From Nanobdellota archaeon (GTDB taxonomy: Archaea; Aenigmatarchaeota; Aenigmatarchaeia; QMZP01), in the NCBI GenBank assembly GCA_043814765.1, contig JBDRJQ010000028.1:29835-93834 (forward strand): a DNA stretch of 64,000 bases. The letters run 5' to 3'. The notes under the pieces are model-generated. The model made no database searches. It had not been told where the DNA came from and worked only from the letters and a program-made list of their open reading frames with translations. This document shows, one piece after another, positions 9,191-19,842 of this stretch. Positions within the stretch are counted from its first letter, which is position 1; each line of letters begins with the position of its first letter. The position numbers and the translations under genes were made by a program.

Positions 9191-9574
9191 ATGGTTATTA
9201 GTGAAATAGTGGGTATGTTCACTCAAATTGCACAGCTGAATATAGTACTGCTTTTAGCACTTCTTTTTATATTTGTTTTTGTAGCCTACAAGCTCCTGAA
9301 AGTTTTAATGAAAGCAATGATTTTCGGTGTTTTAGGCGCTGTATTTCCGTTCTTTGCGACTTATGTTGGAATCAGCATTCCGTTAACAATCACAAACATT
9401 ATATGGTTTGCATTGCTAGGAGTAATGGCATACATAATGTACGCTATTCTTATGGGCGGTGTAAAAACATTAAAGCTTGTTACCAGCCCTTTCAGGGGAA
9501 TGTTCAAAACTAAGCATAAAGAGAAAATAATAATACGCGAGCAGGTTCCGGTTGAAAGGAAAAAGAGACGTTAA
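9191..9574 (+). CDS. Hypothetical membrane protein (about 3 TM)
   Basis: Clean ORF with hydrophobic helices. Confidence 0.7.
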   Translation: MVISEIVGMFTQIAQLNIVLLLALLFIFVFVAYKLLKVLMKAMIFGVLGAVFPFFATYVGISIPLTITNIIWFALLGVMAYIMYAILMGGVKTLKLVTSPFRGMFKTKHKEKIIIREQVPVERKKRR

Positions 9575-9575
9575 T

Positions 9576-10232
9576 TTAAACTATAGGACCAAGACCAGAA
9601 CCGCTGTTTGCTCCGGATTGGTTTGCTGGATACGGCTCAATAAGTTCTTCTTTCTTGAAATCTGTTCCTCTTTGCAGTTTTATCAGTGCATAGAGATTGA
9701 ATTTGTTTAAAATCATGTTAGTCATGTTAGTGTCTGTTCCATCAAATATCAGAGTCATGTTGAATGTGAGTGGTGTTGTGCCGTTTGCTATTTCAAATTC
9801 TGCTGACTTGGTTTCATTAAATGTAACATTAATATCTTGTGAAGTCTCGTTTGCTGTTACATTAACAGTGACATTATAGTCCAAAAAGTTGCCTATGCTA
9901 ACATTCAAAGTGTATGTGGCCAGATTTTGATCAAAATCAACATTATCCGTAACAACCCATAGAGTTGAAAAATTTAGAAAATACAGCGATTCATCCAAAT
10001 AACGGGTGAAATTGCTTAGCACCTCAATAGGCCTGCTCTCATTTATTCCAAGATTAAGCGCATATGAGAGTTCGGTTTCTATGTTTTCATGTATATAGCC
10101 CAGATCCCCTGTCTCAGGATAAATAAAAGGCTTCCCAAACTGCAGTCCGATATAAAACATAGTTATGATTATAAACGCTCCCAAAAGGAAGAACTGCCCT
10201 TTCATTTTTTTATTTCGCATCATTTTTACCAA
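9576..10232 (-). CDS. Pilin-like exported protein (class III signal peptide)
   Basis: KKMKG/QFFLLGAFIII prepilin-type cleavage site; many N-x-S/T sequons. Confidence 0.65.
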   Translation of the reverse strand: MVKMMRNKKMKGQFFLLGAFIIITMFYIGLQFGKPFIYPETGDLGYIHENIETELSYALNLGINESRPIEVLSNFTRYLDESLYFLNFSTLWVVTDNVDFDQNLATYTLNVSIGNFLDYNVTVNVTANETSQDINVTFNETKSAEFEIANGTTPLTFNMTLIFDGTDTNMTNMILNKFNLYALIKLQRGTDFKKEELIEPYPANQSGANSGSGLGPIV

Positions 10233-10594
10233 ATAAACAATCTAACTGTATGCGGAGAATATGCTTTATAGCCGCTTATAACATAAGTGCCTACCCACAC
10301 ATTGCTTGCGTTTGGTGTTGAACCAACACAGGTGTTTTCATAGTCGCATATCTGAATGCTGTGATTATATCTGTAAAGGATAACATTGTTGTTAATAGCA
10401 TTGTAATTGCTGTTGACAGCGTTCTCTCTTAGAAGCTCACGATTGTCCAAACTTCTCAAAAGATTGTAAGCTGTTTCATCTAAATCTTCTGGAGCAGTTG
10501 AAAGATCCTGCTGCTGAAAACTTATTACTAAAAGAAACGTGATAATAGTAATTGCTGCTATAAAAACTTCAAGTGTGTAAAGATAACCCCGCAT
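10226..10594 (-). CDS. Pilin-like protein (class III signal peptide)
   Basis: MRG/YLYTLEVFIAAITII N-terminus. Confidence 0.65.
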   Translation of the reverse strand: MRGYLYTLEVFIAAITIITFLLVISFQQQDLSTAPEDLDETAYNLLRSLDNRELLRENAVNSNYNAINNNVILYRYNHSIQICDYENTCVGSTPNASNVWVGTYVISGYKAYSPHTVRLFIW

Positions 10595-10658
10595 AAATTA
10601 TATTTGGTTGGACCGGAATAAAAATCGAAAGTTATCCATCACTTAAGTGAGGATGTTT

Positions 10659-11675
10659 TTAAACTTTAAATCTGGTAAGTGCTGCAATACCGCCAATGTT
10701 CAATAACTTCTCTCCGCTTTCATGTCCTGACGATATTATCATTATTGTCCCCTTTTGCTGTTCTGCTCTTACCATGAAGTCTTCATACAGTTCCAGTTTT
10801 TCCTGAGAAACAAGCAGCATATCTACAGCTCCTATTACAATTGCTTTTTCAACCTCATTTCTTCCGTAGACTGCGTTGCCATCTGTAGCCATTCTCGTGA
10901 ACAGGTCCTCAACTATCTCTGTTTCTGTTGCTATTCGCGTTTCACGGATTACATTGTTAGCAGAGCGCTGGATAACCTCCTGAACACCCCTCATGCCAGT
11001 TGTTGAACTGCTGTCTAAATGAATCTTCTTTGCAATTTTAGGATTTTTCTCCTTTATGAAATTGAAAAGGTTTTCCCTCTCAAAACCAGGTCCTGCAACA
11101 ATCACATACTCGTATCCTGATTCTATGTACTTTTCCAGAGCATTCATAGTTTCCTTGTAGTAATCTTTGCGTTTTTCATCAGCAAGCCCTTTTTGGGCAT
11201 GAACTGTTCCAAACCACTCTATGCCAGACGACTTCAGAACAGCAAAATTTGCTTCTTCTCTGTCCAGCACGCATATGAGAATAGGTTCTTGCTCCTTCCG
11301 CGCTCTGTTTATTCTGTCAACATGATGCGGTTTGAATCTGGTTTTTTCTAGATTAACTACCATGTCAGGCTCAAGTGTTATCGTGTGATAGGAATGAAGC
11401 TGTATGTCTTCAGGGCCTTTCTCAATCTGCCCTGAAACCCTGAGCAAATGAACACTTGCATCCCTTTCCATTTTTTCAACTTTTATGGTTAAAATAATTT
11501 TTCTTCTTTCTCCCTGGATTATCTCTGATCCTCTTTTAATCACTGTTTTTCTAGTAGTCTGAGCAGTGAGCAAATCTCCAGGCTCTATTATTTGCTGCAT
11601 ATGCCAGAGATCATCTACGGTTTCAATACCAAGCTTAGCAAAATTCGTTTTCAGGTCAAGAGTGAATATTCGCAT
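10659..11675 (-). CDS. pelA: mRNA surveillance protein Pelota
   Basis: ETVDDLWHM..IIEPGD, LRVSGQI, YHTI, VAGPGFE, AVYG..EV.KA..GAVD.LLV, GGIAALTRF. Confidence 0.95.
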   Translation of the reverse strand: MRIFTLDLKTNFAKLGIETVDDLWHMQQIIEPGDLLTAQTTRKTVIKRGSEIIQGERRKIILTIKVEKMERDASVHLLRVSGQIEKGPEDIQLHSYHTITLEPDMVVNLEKTRFKPHHVDRINRARKEQEPILICVLDREEANFAVLKSSGIEWFGTVHAQKGLADEKRKDYYKETMNALEKYIESGYEYVIVAGPGFERENLFNFIKEKNPKIAKKIHLDSSSTTGMRGVQEVIQRSANNVIRETRIATETEIVEDLFTRMATDGNAVYGRNEVEKAIVIGAVDMLLVSQEKLELYEDFMVRAEQQKGTIMIISSGHESGEKLLNIGGIAALTRFKV

Positions 11676-11779
11676 AATGATATATTAGATATTTAAAATC
11701 TTAAAAGAAAAGATTGTTATGGAAAGGTCTTTTGTTTTGAGATTCAGACCTTTTGCATAAATTATGGAGAAAGAGCTAA

Positions 11780-12922
11780 ATGGACGATTTTATGTGGGTT
11801 TTAGCAGCCGCATTCCTTATTCTTATAGCAATGTTCTTTGTTTCCTTCATTCCTGGCATTGGTTTGACAGGAGGGGAAGATCTAATAGAAGTGGATACTT
11901 TTAGAGTAGGTGCTGTTGGCCGTGTCTCACAATTTCCTACAAGCACTATAGATCTGGGCTCCTTTACAGTTGGTGAAACCCAGACAGAGCTGCTGAAAGC
12001 TGTTCCTATGATGACTGTTTATTCAGGTTTGGGCGGAGCAGAATCAAAGAAATATGAGATAAACATACCTGAAGGTTTTGGTGATTTAGCAAAAAGGGAA
12101 GCAGTTGCAATAAACTTTGATGTTTCTGAGAGCAATCTTTATGGAGACCTTGTTGTTAAGTGGAATGGAAAGGAATTCATGAGAAAGAGAGCTTCACCAA
12201 GACAGTACACTATAGTTATTCCAAAGGAATTTGTAAAGGCCTCGAACAACATAGAAATCTATCCAGAGGGGCCTGGCTTGATTTTTTGGGCATCAACAAC
12301 ATACACAATAAAGAACTTTGATATTGCATTGAATTATGGACCTTCGAAAATATTCTCATTCCAACTGAATCAGGATGAGATAGAGTCTTGGTTAAAGGGA
12401 AGGGTTGATTTCTTTGCAACCAGCCAGAGCGGTGAAGCAGCAAGCAAACTGATAATAAAGGTTAACGGAGATGAAATATACTCTGTTAAACCAGATGGCA
12501 GCGGTCTTGTAGAGTTTGGATACTCTGATGCTCCTATATTACTAGGCGACAACCTGTTAACATTCGCTGCACAGGATGATACCATAATAATGAACGGTGT
12601 AAAGCTAAAGATGTTCCTAACAACATCAGAGCTTATAAAAACTTTTAACTTCAAAATGGATGATGCTCAAATAAATTTAATCAGTTCTGGAGTATACAAA
12701 CCAAAAGTCAGGTTCTATATAGAACAGATAGCATCAGGCGGAACGCTTGACATAAAAGTTAACGGCAATGCAAGACAGATAAGCGCAATGGTAACAGGGC
12801 CAAACAATTTCTATATCCCAGAATCCTATCTGAGCAATGGAGCCAACATAATAGAGTTCAGTGGCACAGGCAGCTGGTACATAGGCTCAGCAACAATAGA
12901 ACTGGAAAAAGTTGAAGTGTGA
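11780..12922 (+). CDS. Hypothetical membrane-anchored exported beta-rich protein
   Basis: N-terminal TM; three repeats of an (L/I)xVKxNG...xNxIxF beta-sandwich pattern. Confidence 0.7.
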   Translation: MDDFMWVLAAAFLILIAMFFVSFIPGIGLTGGEDLIEVDTFRVGAVGRVSQFPTSTIDLGSFTVGETQTELLKAVPMMTVYSGLGGAESKKYEINIPEGFGDLAKREAVAINFDVSESNLYGDLVVKWNGKEFMRKRASPRQYTIVIPKEFVKASNNIEIYPEGPGLIFWASTTYTIKNFDIALNYGPSKIFSFQLNQDEIESWLKGRVDFFATSQSGEAASKLIIKVNGDEIYSVKPDGSGLVEFGYSDAPILLGDNLLTFAAQDDTIIMNGVKLKMFLTTSELIKTFNFKMDDAQINLISSGVYKPKVRFYIEQIASGGTLDIKVNGNARQISAMVTGPNNFYIPESYLSNGANIIEFSGTGSWYIGSATIELEKVEV

Positions 12923-12969
12923 TTTGCAACAATTTATACGCTGAGAACTAATTATTAATTAAGAATTTT

Positions 12970-15081
12970 ATGGTACCAAAAGAATACAAGGTCTCTGGCA
13001 GAGGTAGGAAACTATCAGAATTTGGAAAAATTGGAAGCAATGAAAGAAAAGATTTAATGAGAATTCTTAAATCTGACATTAATGCATATATTATTTTTAG
13101 GGAAGAATTTTATGGCGGTATACCACAAAGAGACTGGATGAGATTATCAAAGACAGAAAGAATAAAAAAATTAAGAGAAATGAAAAAATACATTAATGAT
13201 TTTGATGCACATTTAGAAAAAGGAGAAGAATTGGCTCACAATATTAATAAAGCTCTTGCAGCAGCAGGCTACACTATAACAGATGCTCTGCAAGGAGTTG
13301 AGTATTTTATTACACAGTTCAGTGTAAGAAAAGAGGGTGAATTGGGAGGAAAATTAAAAGAGAGTAAAGTCAAAAAGTTTAAATCAGAATCCAGACCAAC
13401 TGAAAAATATGATTTATGGGTTTATGTTGACCATCCAAATTTTGGTGAAGTTTCTGTTGAAGCCCCTGATCCAAAACCATCCACAAAAACAAAACAAATC
13501 TATAAGGATATACCAAACAGAACAGGAATAAGATTAGAAGCCACTCCGATGAAAGGGTATGAATTTGATAGGTGGTTTTCAGATTATATTAAAATATCAG
13601 ACTCAACCAATTCTTTACTAAAATTCACTATAAATTCTCATGCAAAAATTAGTGCAATTTTTAAAAAGGGAGAGAATCCTTCATCACCACCTACGCCTCC
13701 TTCTTCAAAAAAAGGCAAGATAAAAATCACGGTCTCTGGTAAGACGACAATAAGGCCTCTAAAATCAGTAAGGCTAAGGGTTAATGTGATGTCTATTGAT
13801 TATCCTTACGATGAAGAAATATGGGTCGTAATAAAAGCCATTAGCCCGCATCTTCGTGCATATATTGTTGGTCCTGACGGCAGAACTCTAGGGGATTATA
13901 TATCAGGCAAACCACCGCTTCATTTGGATTTACTTGTTGTTGCAGGAGAAGACCTACCTAAAGGTGAACATGAAGTAGTTATTGAAGCAACCGACAAGTA
14001 TGCTAAATTGCATTTAGCAGAATCCAGAACTATGCTAGATTTTGAGGGTGGCGGAAGCACTGTTTCAGGTCCTGGTCCAGGTCCAGGCATGGTTGGTCCA
14101 GACGAAAATAAAGAATACTACTTAACAGTTGTTTTCAAAAATACCAGTTCTAAAGATAGGAGTGGCGATAAAAATAGTCGAAGGGTGCTTTACAGTGCTG
14201 AAGGACATAGCACAAAAATTGGTGGCTGGCCACCAATTAAGAGACTGGGACCATATCCGGAAGGTACAATAGTGGGGCTCACTGCCAGACCAGAAGATGA
14301 GTTTGATCATTGGAGCGGAGCTGATGCGCACACTGACGCTCATGCGTCTATTGAATTGAACAAGAACAGAAAAATTACTGCAATTTTTAATGGAAAGGAT
14401 AAAGACGACAATGATAATAAAGCAAAAAAAATAACAGACAAGGTTATTGACAACACATGGATAGAGGGGTGGCGCGGATCAGGTAACCCGATAACCAGAA
14501 TTGTGGGCTTGATAATTTTCTTTGTTGTAGGCGCCACACTATCTGCTATAATGAGCAGTGCATGGTTCTTTGCCGCATTTTCACTCTGGGCGTTTTATCT
14601 GATGATACCAAGCGGTGTAGACGAACTGGATCATGAAATAAATAAAATAGACAGACGTTATGAAAAACGCAGACTGGATTATAAAAAGAAGATAGTATTT
14701 TTAAGAAGAAGGAGAGGCAGACTTGAAGAAAGACTTTCTAGAGCACAAGTTGGACATCAAGCATATCTTTTATCACGAATAAGAGATATTAATCAAGACA
14801 TAGACAATCTGCAGAGAGACATACATAATTTAACACTAAAGAGAAACGCATCTACGCAACAAACCGTTTTAAGCAGAGGCAGAACAGAAGGATCATATGG
14901 AGCACGCAGTGCTGGAATAAGAAGCAGACTTTGGATATCCAGCATTTTGAAGATGGGTGCATTTATATCCACTGTTATGGGATTTTTATCAAGCACTATT
15001 CCATTAGCCCAACCTATAGGTTTGATAATAGGATTTTTCTTGTATATGAGTTTAGGAGGAACCAGGGACATGCCTGAGTAG
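12970..15081 (+). CDS. Large membrane protein with two InlB B-repeat-like domains, a coiled coil and C-terminal TM helices
   Basis: LEATPMKGYEFDRW...ISAIF and VGLTARPEDEFDHWSG...ITAIF repeats; GP-rich linker. Confidence 0.65.
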   Translation: MVPKEYKVSGRGRKLSEFGKIGSNERKDLMRILKSDINAYIIFREEFYGGIPQRDWMRLSKTERIKKLREMKKYINDFDAHLEKGEELAHNINKALAAAGYTITDALQGVEYFITQFSVRKEGELGGKLKESKVKKFKSESRPTEKYDLWVYVDHPNFGEVSVEAPDPKPSTKTKQIYKDIPNRTGIRLEATPMKGYEFDRWFSDYIKISDSTNSLLKFTINSHAKISAIFKKGENPSSPPTPPSSKKGKIKITVSGKTTIRPLKSVRLRVNVMSIDYPYDEEIWVVIKAISPHLRAYIVGPDGRTLGDYISGKPPLHLDLLVVAGEDLPKGEHEVVIEATDKYAKLHLAESRTMLDFEGGGSTVSGPGPGPGMVGPDENKEYYLTVVFKNTSSKDRSGDKNSRRVLYSAEGHSTKIGGWPPIKRLGPYPEGTIVGLTARPEDEFDHWSGADAHTDAHASIELNKNRKITAIFNGKDKDDNDNKAKKITDKVIDNTWIEGWRGSGNPITRIVGLIIFFVVGATLSAIMSSAWFFAAFSLWAFYLMIPSGVDELDHEINKIDRRYEKRRLDYKKKIVFLRRRRGRLEERLSRAQVGHQAYLLSRIRDINQDIDNLQRDIHNLTLKRNASTQQTVLSRGRTEGSYGARSAGIRSRLWISSILKMGAFISTVMGFLSSTIPLAQPIGLIIGFFLYMSLGGTRDMPE

Positions 15082-15084
15082 AAT

Positions 15085-17295
15085 ATGGCCAGATATAGTT
15101 CACAAGAGCTTTGGAAACAGTGGCAAAAAGCAGTTGGTGGAGCATTATTAGCCCTTGCAGTGATGATTGTTTTCAATCACTTTTTGATGGCGTTAATAGT
15201 GTTTACCTTCCTGTTCTTTATACCTGACCAGGATGAGGGCGCAGAGTTCATGAAGAACACTGTTATTTTTGTAATTTTAATGGTAATTATATGGTTCTTT
15301 GCGTTCTTTGTGGGCGCACAATACGGAGGATTCCAGCTGGATATAGCAGAAGCAGGCGAGTCTGCTAATCCTTTGCTTCCGTGGACATGGACTGACACGT
15401 CTGCAATAATGTTCTTTGTATTCTGGTTATTTGCAGGCATTGTGGGAGCATTCGGTGATCCGGAATCCAGACAGATAGTAGGCATATTCTTCATAATGAT
15501 GAGTTTCTTTGTGTTTGCCAGCAGTGTGGGCGCAGAGAATGTCGGTTCAGCGTTCTTTGGTCAGTGGTGGCCACAGGTTCATGGTGTAATAATGGATGTA
15601 TCCGGACCTCTGGAAGAATCGTTCAGCACATTATTTGGTACAATGCAGCAGATGTTTAAGCTAGTTTCAGATCCTGCCGGGTTCGCGCGTGATATGATAG
15701 AAGGTAACTATGCCGGCAATGATTATGGTCAGACCGGTTCTTACGGTGTTGAAATAAGCTTTGGAGCTCTCGATAAGCTTTTCCTTGGCCAGCCAGCATT
15801 CCTGGATATAACATTAAAAAATGAAGGCTCCTTCATAGCTGAAAACGTTGGCATAGGAATATCAATACCCAAAGAATATACGAATCAAATAACAAGCTCT
15901 CCATCTCTTGGTGAAATTGATAGAGACTACTTCAATCTTGTAGACTATTATGGATTCACTGAAAGTAATAATCCAGGAACAGAAAAATTAGAAATTGCAG
16001 AAGGTTCAGGTGTTTTTGATTGGAATGGCTTGTGGTGGTACAACCCAGGAGAAGTGATACTTTACAGGAATATTGGAGAAATGAAACACCAGGATGTTGT
16101 CAACCAGCCATTTAACGGAGAAATCAACTGTAATCCTATAGATAAATTCAACCTCAGAGAGAAATCGACGCCAATAAAGGCAACAGTTGCATATGATTAC
16201 AAGGTTTTCTCAAACCTTAACATTGAATTTATTAGCGTGGATGAGTGGGACAGAAGAGTGAGAGACAATGTTCTTGTACAGACCAAGATACCTTCAACTA
16301 TTACAAGTGCTCCTATAAAACTTTCAATAAACACAAACAGCCAGCCTGTAAGACCTGATCAGATTTTCTATGTGGGTCTTGAGCTAAAGACAGAAGAGAC
16401 CAACTCTGTCATTGATGATGCTGTAATAAAAATGACTTTCCCAGATGAATTCGGAGCCTCTACTGCCAGGTGCACTGGTGTAGGCGATTACGAGTTTAAC
16501 AGCAATGAACTTATTTGGATGCCAACAAACATAGGAGCTGCACAATCTAAACCAATAGGAAAAGAGCCTGTAACGATAATCTGTACATTTTACGATGCTG
16601 ATGAGAACGCAATACTAGGAACTTCACCAACAAACACATATAACCTAAAGGCAGAAGGAACATACAGATTCTATAAATGGATAACAAGAGTGCCAAAACT
16701 TACAATGGGGGACTTCTGCTGCAAAAATGAGGACTGCTCTTCTGACGGTACAGAAATTTGCAGTAATAGTGCTAGTTATCCTCAACCAGGCTTCTGCGTG
16801 CCAGGAGATCCAAATAGTGCTAATGTTGATAATCCAATACCAGGAGCATGCGGTAACGGCATTATAAATTCTGGTGAAGACTGCGAAAGCGGACAAAACT
16901 TTCAAAATGTTTGTCCGAATGCAGGAGGATGGTTTGATAAAAGCGACCCAACAGGTGCTACAGGACATCCGATAGATACAGATATCATAAAGTTTAAATG
17001 CAATCTTAACGGACCTATAGGCGATATTAAAGCATGTGGATGTTATCACGAACCTTCTGATATTCCTGTTGCAACTGACACTAATGTATGCGGAAATGGG
17101 ATTGTTGATGCAGGAGAAGAATGTGACGGCGGTCCATTAGCTGATTTTACTTCTAATGATAATTGGGTATGGAATGGTTGGGATACAGTAAAAGCAGATA
17201 ATGGTTGTGGTATTCTACAATACTGTAAAATACCAATTGCAGGTGATTACAGTATTGGTAATGATAATTCTGGTTGTAAATGTATTGATTTTTAA
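15085..17295 (+). CDS. Polytopic membrane protein with a large extracellular region and Cys-rich C-terminal repeats
   Basis: N-terminal TM helices; CGNGIINSGEDC and CGNGIVDAGEECD (Myxococcus cysteine-rich/DUF4215-like) motifs. Confidence 0.7.
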   Translation: MARYSSQELWKQWQKAVGGALLALAVMIVFNHFLMALIVFTFLFFIPDQDEGAEFMKNTVIFVILMVIIWFFAFFVGAQYGGFQLDIAEAGESANPLLPWTWTDTSAIMFFVFWLFAGIVGAFGDPESRQIVGIFFIMMSFFVFASSVGAENVGSAFFGQWWPQVHGVIMDVSGPLEESFSTLFGTMQQMFKLVSDPAGFARDMIEGNYAGNDYGQTGSYGVEISFGALDKLFLGQPAFLDITLKNEGSFIAENVGIGISIPKEYTNQITSSPSLGEIDRDYFNLVDYYGFTESNNPGTEKLEIAEGSGVFDWNGLWWYNPGEVILYRNIGEMKHQDVVNQPFNGEINCNPIDKFNLREKSTPIKATVAYDYKVFSNLNIEFISVDEWDRRVRDNVLVQTKIPSTITSAPIKLSINTNSQPVRPDQIFYVGLELKTEETNSVIDDAVIKMTFPDEFGASTARCTGVGDYEFNSNELIWMPTNIGAAQSKPIGKEPVTIICTFYDADENAILGTSPTNTYNLKAEGTYRFYKWITRVPKLTMGDFCCKNEDCSSDGTEICSNSASYPQPGFCVPGDPNSANVDNPIPGACGNGIINSGEDCESGQNFQNVCPNAGGWFDKSDPTGATGHPIDTDIIKFKCNLNGPIGDIKACGCYHEPSDIPVATDTNVCGNGIVDAGEECDGGPLADFTSNDNWVWNGWDTVKADNGCGILQYCKIPIAGDYSIGNDNSGCKCIDF

Positions 17296-18167
17296 ACCAT
17301 TACTAGAAGTCTCAAAGCATCTCTCATTCCAGGCGCTAAGCCAAGTATTAGCACCACTATCTTTAGGAAGTTCTTGAAGTCTCCGTCTTCTGCATAGCGG
17401 TCAATTATGTAAAGAACTGGTATAACCACAACCAGTTTCAATAAGAACATAGAAGCTGGTCCCATAAAGTTTATAAGCAGTCTTGGTACGACATGCTGTT
17501 CTAAATAGCCAAACATTGACAGGGCAACAAATGTTGCGCTTGCATCAAGCATATGGGCAGACATTATTCCGGCATTCTGCTTGTTCCAAAACTTCTTGAT
17601 TTTATCTGGTTTTAGCTTGCTGAAATTCCTTTCAAAAAAGCCTGTTCTATAGAATCTATACTTGCCAAAAAACAGCAAAGTCCATAAAAGAGTCAAACTT
17701 ATGACTATAGGAAAGCCTTCAAGGGCCATAATAGGCAAAAGATACACATTAAGCGCGCAGAGGACGACGCCTGCACCAAACATGGCTTTCCAGTAGGGTA
17801 ACTTTGCATGAGAGAGCTTCTGCACGAGCAGAGAGAGCAACAAAACCAACAGAGCCAGCGCAAAGGTTATTATATAGCTTCCTGGAGTCACGAAGAAAGG
17901 TGCTCCGTATATAGCGTTTAATTCTGGCGTCATCAGAGCTCCTGCAGTGGCAGCATCCTTTAGAACCCGGGTGCTGGAACCCCAGAATATGAAAGGCAAT
18001 ATCGCAATGAAGAAGTGCTTGTCTATGTGTATGTTCATTTTCTTGAGCATCTTATAGACTAGGAAAACAGCTACAATCAGTATTAATGAATATGTTATTG
18101 TGTTGATTGGATTGTACCAACCATTTTGCAGCATTGGCTCGACAAACCAATCATAAAAACCAGCCAT
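17292..18167 (-). CDS. DUF63 family membrane protein
   Basis: YNPINTITY, PFIFWGSSTRVLKDA, HMLDASATF, Y.EQHVVPR, LGLAPGMRD. Confidence 0.9.
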   Translation of the reverse strand: MAGFYDWFVEPMLQNGWYNPINTITYSLILIVAVFLVYKMLKKMNIHIDKHFFIAILPFIFWGSSTRVLKDAATAGALMTPELNAIYGAPFFVTPGSYIITFALALLVLLLSLLVQKLSHAKLPYWKAMFGAGVVLCALNVYLLPIMALEGFPIVISLTLLWTLLFFGKYRFYRTGFFERNFSKLKPDKIKKFWNKQNAGIMSAHMLDASATFVALSMFGYLEQHVVPRLLINFMGPASMFLLKLVVVIPVLYIIDRYAEDGDFKNFLKIVVLILGLAPGMRDALRLLVMV

Positions 18168-18278
18168 AGCAACCTTTTCCTTAAAACCTACCTAAAAGTC
18201 TGCACTCAAAAACGCAAACTTTCTATAAAATAACATAGAATAAAGCTATTAATAAATAAACTATGTGAAAAGTATATC

Positions 18279-18818
18279 ATGTCCTTAGATATCATAAACG
18301 AAAAAGAGCTTCAAAGATCTCTTTTCGAGTACGGCCCCAAGAGATATTACTTGCGAGACGAAATTCCTATGCCAAAAATTAGCGATTCTGCTAAAGGTAA
18401 TGAAAGCATAGTCTACAAAGCTTGGAGCAACATACTTGATTTTTGCCAAAGAAACATAGGCTACATACCAGATGGCATAGAAGATGTTGAAATAACATTC
18501 GAACCGCTAAAAAAATACTACACAGAAATGGTTTGGGAACCGCTGATTAGAGGGTATGACAAATGGATTCGCGTACCTGCCATGAGAGTTTTAGGTTTAT
18601 TCAATATTGAGAATGAAGATGTTCACGTGGACCCAAACGCTCCAAACCCAGAAGCAACACTGTTTCACGAGTTCTACCACTGGCTACAGAAGAAAACAGG
18701 AGAAATGGGTTATTTGATGGATAAACTAGGAGATTATGCAAGAGTTCCTATAGAGATGAAAACTGAACTGGCTACGCAGATCTATTATCCCAATCGAAAG
18801 GGATTTTACTTGGATTAA
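18279..18818 (+). CDS. Hypothetical protein with HExxH zincin-like motif
   Basis: TLFHEFYHWLQ followed by a downstream E (IEMKTE). Confidence 0.55.
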   Translation: MSLDIINEKELQRSLFEYGPKRYYLRDEIPMPKISDSAKGNESIVYKAWSNILDFCQRNIGYIPDGIEDVEITFEPLKKYYTEMVWEPLIRGYDKWIRVPAMRVLGLFNIENEDVHVDPNAPNPEATLFHEFYHWLQKKTGEMGYLMDKLGDYARVPIEMKTELATQIYYPNRKGFYLD

Positions 18819-18929
18819 CCATATGCCTAATGCTAAACACTATTTTCAACAACAAGCGCGCCTCTAAAAGCTTTTAGGTAAGCTACACCTATATATTGTA
18901 TATAGATTTGACCCCATAAAAGGTGTTAT

Positions 18930-19811
18930 ATGTACGATATGCTTGTTCGTAAGAAGCTTTTGAAGATACAGGAAAGATTAGGCATGCGTATAGGAATTAT
19001 GCATGGCACAAACAAGACGCCTTCTGTCAGAACAATAAATGAGACGCTAAATGCACTGAATGAGATGTATAAAGTGGGTCTGAAAGCTTTTGTTTTGCCG
19101 AGAGAGATGTTTGGTAACATAACAGACGCATCAGATATTTACAAAGTTCATTATGGAAACCTTCTAAAGATTAAGGATCTTGCAAAAAAATACAATATAG
19201 AACTTTCATTGCACCATCCTGCTCTTACTGATCAGCCTGATGAAAATCTGAAGATATTTTGCAACCTGTCATCTATAATGGACTGTCGAACTTTCATAAT
19301 AAACCCCAATTTTTATTCTCAAATGCCTCATAATCAGGCATTGAAACTCGTTGTTTACAAAATAAACGAAACAATTATTGACCAGCGATCTGACATTAAG
19401 ATTGGAATTGAGAATACAGGAAAATCCCGTGAATTGGGAAATTTTGAAGATTCATTGGACATAGTAAAAAGAACGCAAGGCACAGAACCTGTTATAAACT
19501 GGGGCAATATTCATGCCCGAGGCGCAGGAGCGCTAAGAACACAAGAGGATTTTCGTAGAATTTTAGAAAAGACCAGACAGGAAATAGGACCCCGCTACTT
19601 CAGTGATGCTTACTTCATATTCTCTGGCGTATCATACGGTCCTTCAGGAAAGATAAAGAACATCCCTCTAAGAGAGTCAGATATAAAATTAGAGCAATTG
19701 ATAAAGGAAATCATGTCCTTTAACATAAAAGGAACTATCATATTTGATGATCCTCAGAAAGAAAAATTCATTATAAAAATGATGGAAAGCCTTGCTGACA
19801 TGGTTAGATAA
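18930..19811 (+). CDS. Endonuclease IV-like TIM-barrel protein, probably inactivated
   Basis: LSLHHP, IENTGKSRELG, INWGNIHARG.G, FSGVSYGPSG pattern of archaeal Nfo; several metal ligands substituted. Confidence 0.75.
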   Translation: MYDMLVRKKLLKIQERLGMRIGIMHGTNKTPSVRTINETLNALNEMYKVGLKAFVLPREMFGNITDASDIYKVHYGNLLKIKDLAKKYNIELSLHHPALTDQPDENLKIFCNLSSIMDCRTFIINPNFYSQMPHNQALKLVVYKINETIIDQRSDIKIGIENTGKSRELGNFEDSLDIVKRTQGTEPVINWGNIHARGAGALRTQEDFRRILEKTRQEIGPRYFSDAYFIFSGVSYGPSGKIKNIPLRESDIKLEQLIKEIMSFNIKGTIIFDDPQKEKFIIKMMESLADMVR

Positions 19812-19842
19812 AGATAAATTCTACTTTAAACAATCTATAAGC

